The notes beneath the pieces were generated by a model, which saw only the letters and a program-made list of their open reading frames with translations, was not told the DNA's origin and made no database searches. From Hypanus sabinus (Eukaryota): a stretch of 64,000 bases of DNA. The stretch is from positions 170,686,001-170,750,000 of the forward strand of contig NC_082710.1 in NCBI RefSeq assembly GCF_030144855.1, read 5' to 3'. Shown here one piece after another: positions 49,493 to 61,668 of this stretch (position 1 is its first letter; each line of letters opens with the position of its first letter). A program made the translations under genes and the position numbers.

Positions 49493-49880
49493 GAGAATAT
49501 GAGAGAATGAGAATCTCTGTCACTCGGTTTTCTTTGGCTCCACCTGCAAGGCTTTATATCGCGCCAGTGGCTCAGCAGACTCTATAACAAAGCGGCAGGT
49601 ATTTTTGGCAGCGTGAGTATATCTATATTAATAGCACCACGTATCGTACGTGCGAAGCCTGTCTGTGAACATACTGTAATATTTATGTAATTATCTTCGG
49701 GGGGGAAGGGGGGACCATGTATCAGTCTGCCAGTACCTATATACCCCTGCTCACATACACGCGCCCACTTACTCACATCAGGCACATCCTAAACCATCCA
49801 TGAAAGAGTGAGCGGTTCGCATTTTGGGCTCATTGTCCAATACAGAACCGGAAAACCTGACGTGGAAGCAAATCATCCTC

Positions 49881-49952
49881 GGAGGGAGAGTGGGAGGGGA
49901 GAGCGAGGGAGGGGAGGGGAGAGAGAGAGGGAGGACAAAGAGAGAGGGGAGG

Positions 49953-50000
<48 letters not shown>
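49881..50000. repeat. Polypurine tract ending in (GA)n
   Basis: Directly visible. Confidence 0.97.
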
Positions 50001-50003
<3 letters not shown>

Positions 50004-50029
50004 TTTTTCACTCATGGTCCCTGTAAACT

Positions 50030-53000
50030 TTTTACATTTCACCCCCAATCCATGACCTGTATTTGTAGTTCCACCCAACCTCAGTGGAGAAACACTGCTT
50101 CCATTTACCTTATCTATACTCCTTAAAATGTTATCTATCTTTATCAAACCTTCTCTTAATCTTCTAAATTCCAAGTGCTAACTTATTTAATTGTTCCTTA
50201 TAACTCTTGGTGCATTTTCTCTGTACTCTTTCAACTTTTTTTACATTTTTCCTGTAGGTAGGTAAGAAGAACTGCAGAGATTAGGCCTCTCCAATGTCTT
50301 ATACAAATTAAACACAACATCCCATCTCCTGTATTCAAAACGTTCATTTATGAAGGCCAATGTGCAGAAAACTTTCTTTATGACCCTGTCTACCTGTGAC
50401 ATGACTTTCATTGAATGATGAACCTGCATTCCAGATCCCTTTGTACTACCACACTACTCAGTGTGCTGCTGCTCAATGAGTAAGACCTACCCTGGTTAGT
50501 CCTACCAAAGTGCAACACTTTGCACTTATCTGCATTAAATTCCTTCTGACATTTTCAGCCATTTTTTTCCACTGGTCCAGAACCCAGGACCATGATAGCT
50601 TTCCTCCCTGTGCCCTACACTCACAATTTTGGTGTAATCAGGAAATTTATTGTTCCAGTTAAATGCATTGTCATCTAGATCATTGATGTAGATAACAAAT
50701 AACAATGGTCCCAGCACCATTCCCTGCAGCGCTCCGCTAGTCCCAGGCCTCCTGTCAGAGAGGCAACCATCTACTACCACACTCTGGCTTCTCACACAAA
50801 GCTAATGTCAAATATGATTTACTACTTCATCTTGATTGCCAAGTCACTGAACATCTCTGACCATGGTCCCATGCAGGACATTGTCAAATGCCTGGCTGAC
50901 GTCCATATAGGCAACATCTACTGTCTTGCCTTCATCAGCTTTTCTGGTAACATCCTCAAAAACCTATATAGGATTTGTTTGACATCACCTACCGCACATT
51001 AAGGCAACTGACTATCATATCAGTCCATATCTATCCAAATACTCATATAATTTCCTTAGAATACCTTCCAATAAATTTTCCACTACTGATGTCAGCGTAT
51101 CTGTACTGTAATTTCCTAGTTTATCTTTAGAGGCTCACTAGAATAGCAAAACAATATTGGCTATCCTTCAATCTTCTGCTACGTCTCCTGTCAATAAGGA
51201 TGATTTTTACTATGTACTGTACCAGCAGTTATGGTTGAAATGACAATAAAGGTGGCTTGACTTGAATTGATTTGAATTTCTCTGCTAGGGCCCCTGCAAT
51301 TTCTACACTTGGTCCCAAAGGGTCTGAGGGAATACCTTGTCAGGCTCTGGGGATTTGTCTGCCCTGATTTGTCTCAGATCAGCAAACAGCTCCTCCTCTG
51401 TGATCTGTATAGGGTATAGGGCCACTTTGTCTCACTTCTATAGACTGTGTCCATCTCCTGAGTAAATAGATGCAAAAAAAAATTATTTAAGATCTCCACC
51501 ATCTGTTTTGGCTGCACACATGGATTACCATTCTGATTATTCAGAGGACCAGTTTTGACCTTTGTAGTGCTCTTTCTCTTATCATAACTGTAGAAACCCC
51601 TGGGATTCTCTTTCACTTTGCCTGCTTGAGCAACTTCATGTCCGCTTTTATCCCTCCTGATTTCTTCCTTTAATGTTCTCTTGCATTTTGTATACTCCAT
51701 GAGAACCTCATTTCTTCCTGACTGCCTATACCAGCTTTGCACCTACTTTTTCTCTTAAGCAGGGACTCTGTAGCTTTTGAGAATAAAGGTTCCCTACACT
51801 TGTTTTCTTTACCTTTTATCCTGACAGACACACACAAGCTTTGTGCTCCCAAAATTTAACTTGTGAAGAACTTCCACTATAATAACTTTATGTTTCTTGC
51901 AACAGTTTGCAATCTCTATACAAATTTGTTCCTCTAAATACCTCAGACTGTTGGGTGGCCCATTCGTGGTAGCTTCATTAAAGTAGCCACACCTTTCTTA
52001 TTTCTTGGTTCCACACATAACGCTTCACTGGTCGGGTTCTCCAGTGTGTCTTGACAGGGAACTGCTGTGACATTTTCCCTGACTAGTAAGTGGAGCCTGC
52101 TCCTTTAATCCCTCTGTCACCACAAAAATAACACAACCCCAGAATATTGAGATGCCAGTCCTGCCGCTCCAAAACACAATCATGGCTACAATATCATAAT
52201 TCCAGGTGTTAATCCCTGCCCCTGGCTTATCCACCTTTCCCGATACTTGCAATAAAATATCCGCAACTCAGGACATTGGTCACACCATGATTAAACTGTT
52301 GATTCCAGACTTTGTCGTGATGTCTTCTGTCTCCACAGCCACTCCACTATCTGTTCTTCTACTCTGGTTCTCATCCCCCTGCAACTCTAGTTTAAACACC
52401 ACCATGCAGCATTAACAAAACTTCCCACTAGGATATTAGTCCCCTTCCAGTTTAGGTGCAGACTGTCTGTTCTGTACAGGTCTCACTTTCCATGGAAAAT
52501 CTCCAGACATCCTACGCTCTCCCTGCTACTCCAACTCTTTAGCCACGTGTTAAACTGTATGATCTTTCTAATTCTGGCCTGATTAGCAATCCTGATAACA
52601 TAACCCTCATCATTCATCCTACCCATGTCATTGGTACCTACATTGATCACGAACTCTGGCTGTTTACAACCCAACTTCTGAATGCTGAAGTTTCAGCCAG
52701 AGATGTCCCAGACCCTGGAACCCGGCAGGCAACATACCAAATGGAAATCTCTTTCTAGTTCACAGAACCTCCTTTCTGTTTCTACTGACCAAAAAAAAAA
52801 AGATCACCTATCACCACAGCTCACTTCTTCTCCTACTTCGCTTCACAGAGCCAACTCAGTACCAGAAACCCTACCTTTCCTGTACTAGGTCATCCCCCAA
52901 CAGTATCCAAAATGACAGACCTGTTGTTGAGGGGGATCGCCACAAGATTACTCTCGACTGGCTCTTCATCGTATTTTCCCTTCCTCACTGTCACCCTGTT

Positions 53001-53400
53001 TCCTGTGTCCTGCACATTGGGTGTAACTGTCTCTCTATATGTCCTGTCTGTCACCCCCTCAGCCTCTTGAATGATCCAGGGTTCATCTAGTTCCAGCTCC
53101 AACTCCTTAACGCAGGTTGTTAGAAGCTGCAGCTGGATGCATTTCTTGCAGGTGTTGTCACTCCAAAGGCTCCCTATCTTCCCATCTGGCATCTCTACTG
53201 TTCTAACTGAACAATATAAGGAAGGATGAACAATAAACTGTGAGGCGGGGGCGGGGTGGGGGGCGCAACCTTCTCTCACTGAAGTCTCTCCTCGCCGAAG
53301 CCTCGAAGATCTAAAGCCTCAAAACCCTCACCCTGACTCAGTCCACTCCAACCTGCCCGTGCTGACCACCATCCACGCTGCAGATTCGGACTGCAAGCTG
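50030..53400 (-). mobile_element. Heavily degraded, near full-length CR1 (ORF1 plus ORF2 remnants)
   Basis: ORF1-like TCKKCIQLQLLTTCVKELELEL and esterase VINVGTNDMGR; ORF2 remnants KVKENPRGFYSY and [18 protein letters not shown]. Confidence 0.8.
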
Positions 53401-53919
53401 CGTTAATGAAAAGAACCAGTTCATTTGCTGATCACTGAGCTCTGTGGTGCGGTGAGTCCAATCCGCTTCTCACTGCGCTGAACATGGAGCTGGCGCTTTG
53501 CCTGCATCAGTTCTTCCGACCGCTACCGCAGCGGCCGTACGCCGAGCGTCTATTTTCACAAGCGGCCGAAGAGCAGACGCTGTGAGACAGGAAGGGGCGG
53601 GAAAGGGGCAAACATCTGGTGCAAAGTTAGTTGACATCTGCAAGGAAGCCGGATTTACCGGCAGGGAGCTGTCATCTCGGACTCGTGTGGGATTTCAGAT
53701 AAATTAACCGATAATAAATGAAGACAGAGTTAGAATTACACCTTTATTAATTGATAACTGTTCTGGCTGGGATCCAGGGAGAATCTGTTTCGAGCTATTG
53801 GAAATTTCTGTAATCCCTTCACTTACAGATTGAGCTCTGCAATGAATTGGGGAATCCCCCTTAACTCCTAATCAAAACAGAAAGCAGTGGAAAACTTTCA
53901 GTAGGCAACAGAGTTAACG

Positions 53920-55900
53920 TTTACAAGCACCACCCTGATCCCCCCGCCCATACCAGACGGTGAGGCTGCCAGTCAGAATACTCTCCGCGGTACACCTATA
54001 TAATGTCTCAAGTGTTTTAGGTAACAAACCAAATCTGCTCAAAGTCTAAATGAGACGTAGCTGCTGTCCTGCCTTCTTTATAGCTGCATCACCACGTTGC
54101 AACCAGGTTAGATCCTCAGAGACATTGACACCCTGGAAATTGAAGTTGCTAACTTTCTCCACTTCTGATCCTTCTATAAGGGTTGGTTCGTGTTTCCTTG
54201 TCTTACCTATTTTTAGAGTCCACAATCAGCTCTTCGGTTTTGCTAACGTTGAGTGCAAGGTTGTTGCTACGAAGCCACTCAAGTTGCTGGTGTATCTCAC
54301 TCCTGTACGCGCTTTCGTCACCATCTGAGATTCTGCCAACAATGGTAATAACATCAGCAAATTAATAGATGGCATGTGCGCTATGGAATGGGTGAAGGGA
54401 GAGTGGAGCAGTGGGCAAAGCACACATCCCTGTGGTGCGCCAGTGTTGATTGTCAGCGAGGTGGAGGTGTTGATTCCAATCCGCTCAGACTGTAGTCCCC
54501 TGGACAGGAAGTCGAGGATCCAGTTACAGAGGGAGGTACAGAGGCCGAGGTTCTGAAACTTTTCTAACTGGACTGTAGGAATGATGGCATTAAATGTTGA
54601 GCTATCGTCAATGAACAGCATCCTGACATACGATGAAGGTTTTCGGTTCGAAACATCGTCACTACCTCCTCCCATAGATGCTGTCTGGCCTGCTGAGTTC
54701 TGCCAGCATTTTGTGTTTTTATTTTTGTTATCCTGACATGGGTATGTGTATTGTTCAGGTGAACCAAGGCCGCGTGGAGAGCCATTGAGATCGTGTTTGC
54801 CCTAAACCTATTGCGGCGACAGGCAAACTGCAGTGGGTCCAGAGACAGGAGTTGGTCCGAGCATTGACCAACTTCTCAAAGTATTTCATTAACGTGGATA
54901 TCAGTGAAACGGTGGTCGTGAAGGCGGCTCACGCTGCTCTTCTTGGCCACTAATAGAATTGTTGCCCTTTTGAAGCTGGTGGGGACTTCGGTCCGTAGCA
55001 ATGAGAGACCGGAAACGTCTTCGAATACACCCTCCAGTTGGGTGGCACAGGTCGTCACAGCCTTTCCAGGTATTCCATTGTGGCCGGCCGCCTTGCGATG
55101 GTTCACCCTCTTGACGGACAGCCTGACGGAGGTCACAGGGTCACGGGTGCTGCAGGGATCTGCATAGCTGTGGCTTTATTCTCTCTTTCAAAGCGACCAT
55201 TAAAGGTGTTGAGCTCGTCTGGTCGTCAAGCATCGCTGCCATTCATGGTACGAGGTTTCGCTTTGCCGGAAGTAATGTACTGCAAACCCTGCCTGAGTTG
55301 ACGCGCATCCGATGACGCCTCCAACCTCGCTCGGAATAGTTTCTTCGCTATTAAAATAACTGTCCGCGAGTCAATACCTGCTTTGCTTGTTTCCTTGTGC
55401 GACCTGGGTCGCCAGACTTGAAAGTCACGCCTCCAGCCCTCAGCAGACTACAAACCTCCTGATTCAACCCCGGCTTTTGGTTTAGTAATGTACAGTAAGT
55501 TTTGGTAGACAAACACTCATCTACACAAGTTTTACTGAAGTCGGTGACAGCTGTGCCACACTCATCTAGGTTCGAAGGTGAATCCTTGAATACAGTCCAG
55601 ACCATTGATTCAAACCAGACCTGTAGGCGCTGCTGTATTTCCTTGGGGAAGGCATCAGGATGAGTGATTTCGTGTCTATTGATTGCATCGCTCAGTTCTG
55701 CCAGAGCCTCTTTGACACTGGCCCGAAGTGGAATGTACACCGCGGTGAGGGGTTTGAACGTGTAACTCCGTGCTCGGAGTCAGTCAGTCCAGAAGGGCGA
55801 TCTGACCAAGAAGAGGCCGTGGCTCATCGCTCATCGACCCTGGTGGCAATGAAACGCTTACTGTCACCGTCCCCCCCGCGGAGCCTAGTCACGGTTCCCC
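53920..55900 (-). mobile_element. Rex1/Babar LINE, degraded (endonuclease to RT)
   Basis: VYIPLRA..., [39 protein letters not shown] and QGCVLCPLL. Confidence 0.85.
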
Positions 55901-56093
55901 CGCTTCTAATCTCTTTGTGACTCTCCTGGTGGTGTATCCAGCTCGTTCCAATCTTTCGGAAATCAATTGGAAAAATCCAGTGGACAGTACTTAATCCCTC
56001 CGAATTTTCCAACAGGTGGCACGAGGAGGCTCGGCTGTCGGAAGGGAGAAGGAGGGAACACTGAAGTACCTCCTCTGCTTTAGTGGAGAAGCG

Positions 56094-56136
56094 ATGGAGG
56101 TGGGCGCCATTCTGTGGCTCCTGACCGTCTCCTCCG
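56094..56136 (+). CDS. Gene 2 leader (signal peptide) exon: MEVGAILWLLTVSS(G), phase 1
   Basis: gcgATGG Kozak context, hydrophobic core, donor CCG|gtgagt; the phase matches the V exon at 57487. Confidence 0.85.
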
Positions 56137-57486
56137 GTGAGTAACTTTCTGTTCCTTTACGGCTACAGCTTGGGGGAGAAGGCAATGGGCAGCGCGGGTA
56201 AAGCGGGAAGGTTTGTCCGCTTCACTTGCGTTAACATCCAACACACCTATGGATACACTGCGGGCAGCCCGCGAGTGTCGCCACACATTCCGGCGCCAAC
56301 GTTAATGTCCACAATGTCGACAGAACAACACCGAACACAACAAAACAAGCCCCTTCCCTCTCCCACGCGCACACACGGACAGTCCTCCAACTCCAAGAAC
56401 AAAGTCCGGGCTTCTAGTCTCCAGGCTTCCGACACCGACCCCCTGACCAGCCGAACGGGGGAAAGGGGGACCCTGAATTCCTGGTCGAACACTGAGCACG
56501 CCGACTTCGCGCTTCTCCCTCCGTCCGTTCCAATCCCGATGAAGGGTCTCAGCCCGTATCATTGACCCTTTATGCCCCTCCTGAGCTCGTCCTGTTACTC
56601 TGGTTTTCCCGCATGTGCAGAATCTCAGGCTTGGGAGTTGGAAAGTTTTGTTACAGATGTACCAGTGACCGTGAGGCCGCACTTGGAATATTGTGCACAA
56701 TTTCAGCTTCAGTGACTATAGACTCCTCTCAAGGAAACAGGCGCTTCGGCCCGACTCGTCCGTATTGATCGTGTTATCCAGCGAACTCGTCCCACAGCCC
56801 ACAGCCGCCTAAACCTCTCCTGCTCATGTACCTATCTAGAAGGCTTCAAAATGTTTGTAATTTCTGACAGCTCATTTCTTCACAATTTGTGTGAAGAAAT
56901 TGTCTAATATCCCTTTCAAAATTCTCCGCTCTGATCTTAAATCCATGCTCTCTTGTTTGTAGCACCCCCACTCCCGGTGAAAAATGCAGTTTTCAGACTA
57001 TCTGTGCCCCTTATTGTGTTAAATCAGGTCACTCCTCAAACTCCTACGTTTCAGAGAATAATGTCCTGGTCTGATCCAGTTAAATCTTATCCGCGCGCTT
57101 TCTGATTAACATCATCTATAACAATCTATATATTCCAAGTGCAGCTTCACCAACGACTTGTACGACAGAAACATAACTTCGAGACTCCTATCCTCGAAGC
57201 TCTGACTGAAGATCAGCGTACTAAACATTGTCTTCACTGTCTGTATGCCGCTTTCATTGAGCTATGCGCGCGTAGTCTCTTTCCAGGTCCGATCCGCACA
57301 TTTCCTGTAACTGTATCACTTTATTCCGCATTCTGCTATTGTTCCTCCTTTACACTAACTCATTGAATCGATGTGATGAAATGATCCGTATGGATGACAG
57401 ACAAAATGTAGCTTTTCACTGTATCTCAGTACATGTGACCATAATAAACCAGTTTACCCATTTTAAAGTTTGCTCCCTGCTTTCAG

Positions 57487-57825
57487 GCATTGGTGCTGAG
57501 AAGTTTGTGGTCATTCAGGACAAGTCCAGCATTGTTGCCACAGAAGGGGAGACGGTGGATATTCCATGCAGACACAATGTCACTAATAGGGTATGGTCGT
57601 ACCACTGGTTCAAGGGTGCCCGAAATGGAATAAGGGTGACCAGTGAAACAGCAGAGTACAGGGACCGCTTCCTGAGATCACCAGGGGGTGATCTCTCCAC
57701 TAACAGCACAGACGTTTCTATGCGACTGATGTACGTGCGGCCAAGTGATTCTGGAATGTATTTCTGCAAGCTGGAGGCAGTAGGATGGGAAATGTATGGG
57801 GCAGGGACGAACCTCACAGTGAGAG
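57487..57825 (+). CDS. NCR3: Gene 2 IgV (VJ-type) exon, NKp30/NCR3-like, phase 1-1
   Basis: Acceptor ctccctgctttcag; IGAEKFVVIQ..EGETVDIPCRHN..YHWFK..RVTSETAEYRDRF..VRPSDSGMYFCKLEAVGWEMYGAGTNLTVR; donor G|gtaagc. The symbol denotes family membership. Confidence 0.88.
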
Positions 57826-58199
57826 GTAAGCCAATCATCAAGTATCTCCTTGTCTAAGCAAATCAGACCCACCAGCCGAACAGCATTTGGTCAAGGCTGG
57901 AAAATGCTGGAGTCACTTAGCAGGTCAGTCAGCTACTGTGGGGAGAGAAGCAGTTAAATGTTCAGATCAGCAACCAATCCTCAGGGCAGAGAAGGAAGAA
58001 ACAAGAATCTTGTATCTTCAACTTCAAACATTAACTTTGTTTCACTTCCCACAGATGCTGCTTGACCTGCTGAGCGTTTCCAGCGTATCCAGTTTTTTTT
58101 TTACCTCAGATTTCCAGCATCCGCAGCCTTTTAATTTTCATTGTTAGAATTTCACTAAATGGATAATGACAAAATCGTTCCAGCACAAAAAAAGTGTGT

Positions 58200-58640
58200 G
58201 TGGGAGGGGGGGGGGGTGAGTGGTCACAAATCAAACCTTCCCTAGAAGGACTCTGTCTGCTGACTTCTTGCCTCAGTAAAGCTGCCAACATAATCAAAGA
58301 CCCTACCCTACCAGAACATTCTCTCCCCTCCCCTCTCTCAATGGGCAGAAGATACAAAAGCCTGAAAGCACGAACCACCAGGCATAAGGGCAGCTTCTAT
58401 CCCACTGTTATAAGATTATTAAATGGTTCCCTGATGCGATCTTGACCTCACAATTTACCTTGTCATGGCATTGCATCTTATAGTCTTCCTGCACTGCCTT
58501 GCCTCTGTAGCTGGTGCACTTAATTCTGCTATTGCTTTACCCAGTGCTGCCTCATTGTGCCATGTAATGACTTGATCTCAATGAACAGTATGCAAGACAA
58601 GCTTTTCACTGTACCTCAGATTATGGGACAATAAAAACCA
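58200..58640 (+). mobile_element. Rex1/Babar 3' fragment
   Basis: [43 protein letters not shown]. Confidence 0.75.
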
Positions 58641-59922
58641 ATACCAATTCCAGTGTCTGCAGATGCTGGAACCTGGAGTGAAAGAAACACAATGCTGGAG
58701 GAACTTGTAAGTCAGGCAGAATCTATGGAGGGAGATTGAGACTTGAGCTTTCAAAAGAGGGCACTCGTCTCATTCTGTCTGTTCTGAGTCCATGCAACAG
58801 CAAATCCACTCTCCAGCTTTTCTGCAGAGCCTCAAACTCTTCCCAGTCAAATTCTCCCCAGTTCCCTTTTGAACACTGAAGTTATTCAGATGCATACACA
58901 TGGTACGCTGTCAGTGGCAAGACCCTTAACAGTGTGAAGAGCAGAAGGACCTTGGGGTTCCAAGTCCAAAGCTCTCTGATAGTGGCCATATTGGTTGATA
59001 AGGAGGAAAACAGGACACATGGCAAATTTGTCTTTATTATTCAAAAAAGTGAGTTCAAGAGTTTGGAAGTTACAGTGTAGCTTTATATAATGATTTAGTT
59101 TGAATCTGGTGCATTTTCAAGCAGCTCTCATCACTCCATTATTGGAAGGATAATGAGATTTTGGAGAAGGTGCAGAAGGGGTCTACCTGAATTCTGTCTA
59201 AATTAGACAGCAGGTGCTATAAGGAAAGTTTGGACGAACTTGTGTTGTTTTCTATGGAGAGGCAGAAGCTGAACAGAGATCTGGGACATAGTACATAGAC
59301 TCCTACAGTGCTTTACAGGCCCTTCAGATCATAATGTTGTGCCAACCATGTAACCTATTCTAGAAACTACCTAAAATTTCCCTACCACATAGCCCTTTCT
59401 TTTCCTTAGGTCCCTGTATCTATCTAAGTAGCCCTTAAAAGACTATTCTATCTGCCTTTACCACTGTCACTGGCTGTGCATTCCACACTCAGAGTAAATA
59501 GTAAGGATGTACAATTTTAAATTAAATTAAAGAGTGACTGACACAGATCGAAGAAAAGTTAACCAACTTCAAAATCCGCGACCAAACCTCTAATCAAGGT
59601 CACATTAAGCTCTCTCTCCCAATCTTGCTTAATCTTAAGTGAAGGCTAACTGTGCTGTTGTAACAATAAATTATAATTTTTCCCAATAAAACCTTTCACT
59701 AAATAATCAAATAATATCTAACAGGTCAGAATCCTGTATATATGAAAAATTACTAAATGTCTGACCTGAAGATATTGCAGGAAATGTGGGAGAGTATTTA
59801 GTTACTAATTTCGCAAAAGACATCAATTCGACATCTTGGAACAGATCCATGAAGGAATAAACTCCTTTATTCCTCCAAAGAAGAAAGGTAGGATCACTTA
59901 GTGAAGGTTTAAATAAAGAAAT

Positions 59923-60088
59923 NNNNNNNNNNNNNNNNNNNNNNNNNNNNNNNNNNNNNNNNNNNNNNNNNNNNNNNNNNNNNNNNNNNNNNNNNNNNNN
60001 NNNNNNNNNNNNNNNNNNNNNNNNNNNNNNNNNNNNNNNNNNNNNNNNNNNNNNNNNNNNNNNNNNNNNNNNNNNNNNNNNNNNNNNN
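59923..60088. other. Assembly gap (166 N)
   Basis: Run of N within the L1. Confidence 1.
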
Positions 60089-60586
60089 TTGAGATTAAAA
60101 AGTTACGAAACTGGAACCAAATTCATAATGACTGCTTAATCACATGGTATAAAATTAAATTAGTAATTTTGGCCAGTTGTACAGGTAGAGAAGCTCCTAA
60201 TAACGAGTTTACGTGAAACAGTTTCACAGCATTCAATTCCAAATCAGCCCAAGGTGGTCGTTCATTTTTATCAGCCCAATATAACATATATTAACAGCCC
60301 AAAAATACATTCTTAAATTAGGCAAAGCAAGACCTCCATCCTTTTTCAATTTTTGTAAATGATATTTACCAATTCTTGGTCTTTTATTATTCCAAACAAA
60401 AGATGAAATATAGAGTCAACTTGATCAAAAAACTTCTTAGTTAAAAAAAAGGAATATTTTGAAATACATATAAAAGTTTTGGTAAAATCATCATTTTAAC
60501 TGCATGAATTTGGCCAGCTAACGAAAGTGTAAGTGGATTCCATCTACCAAATAATTGCTTCATAAAATCCACTAAAGGAACCCAAT

Positions 60587-61668
60587 TGTCATAATGGGGG
60601 TGTTGGGAACAGACCCAAATGCAAGACATAGACACTGAAGTACTAGGGAAAGGACTAGTTGTGTGAAGAAAGCAAGGGAAGTGAGGAAGAAATGACGCTG
60701 AACAAGACACAGGCCCTGAATGAGACTAGACCAGGAAAGCGGGACCTGGATGAGGAACTAGGAACTGGGAACTAGGAACTGGGAACTTGGAACCTGGACA
60801 AGGACTCCAAGCCAGAGACTGGACAGGGATCCGGAACTTGACTTGGGTTCAAACTCCGGATCTAGGTGAGCTCAAGACCAAGCAGGGCAACATGACTGGA
60901 TGTGGGGGCAGGAAGCAGGACTCCTGGGCTGGTCACTGGACATGAAGCTCAGTCTTGGATGAGGACATGAAGCTCAGACTTGGTCTCAGTCAAGGGAGAA
61001 CAGGAACGCAGAACATAGAGCTGGGACCCCAACTTGGGAACAAGATGTAGAGTTGAGACTCATACACAGAAAGCTGCACACGTAGAGACAGTTCAAAAGG
61101 CTAGGTAGCGGCAAACAGCCAGACCTACCTAGCAAAGGCATGGACACAAAGAGACAGTTCCAAACAACGAAAGACAGTTCCTAATCTGAACACAGCAAGG
61201 CTCCGGTCTTGCATCTGTCTTAGAACTTGATGGCAAGAATAGGCGAGAATCCAGTCAAGGCTCCCGACGCAGGTTGCAGGGCGAGGCTCCAAACACAGGT
61301 TGCAAGACAAGGCTTCAGCCAAGGGCTACAGAAAGAAAGGGAAGGGAAGGGAACAGTCCAGCCTCAGGGTAATGGCAAAGATGGTCTGCCTTACCCAACA
61401 AATGCAAGGACAGGGAGGGACAGATCCAACCGCAGGGTAATGGCAAAGACAGCCTGGCTTACCCAACAGAGGTGAGGATGAGAAACTGACAAGACAAACC
61501 AGCACCCTCACTCAAACCCAGGGCCACTTATATTCCCAGCTCAAGATGAGAATCAGGTGTCTGTGATTAAGCCCAACTGAAACAAGGGACAGCTGGACGA
61601 CCCAGAGTCTGGAGTCCACGGACCGGACCATGAAGTGGAACATGGACTTCACAGACTGGACCATGACA
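60587..61668 (-). mobile_element. Probable solo LTR inserted in the L1
   Basis: TGTCAT...ATGACA termini; the minus-strand start tgtcatggtcc resembles the chromovirus LTR start; it interrupts the L1 reading KSNL|..VPLV. Flanks ccaat/taaat are only an imperfect TSD. Confidence 0.7.

Noticed and set aside
49778-50174. ORFs with ERERER or SLSLSL runs
   Set aside because: Translations of the GA microsatellite.
57815-57821. CACAGTG (RSS heptamer) at the end of gene 2's V exon
   Set aside because: It is the coding sequence CTC ACA GTG (LTV); there is no nonamer at 12- or 23-bp spacing, and the exon is already VJ-complete with a splice donor.
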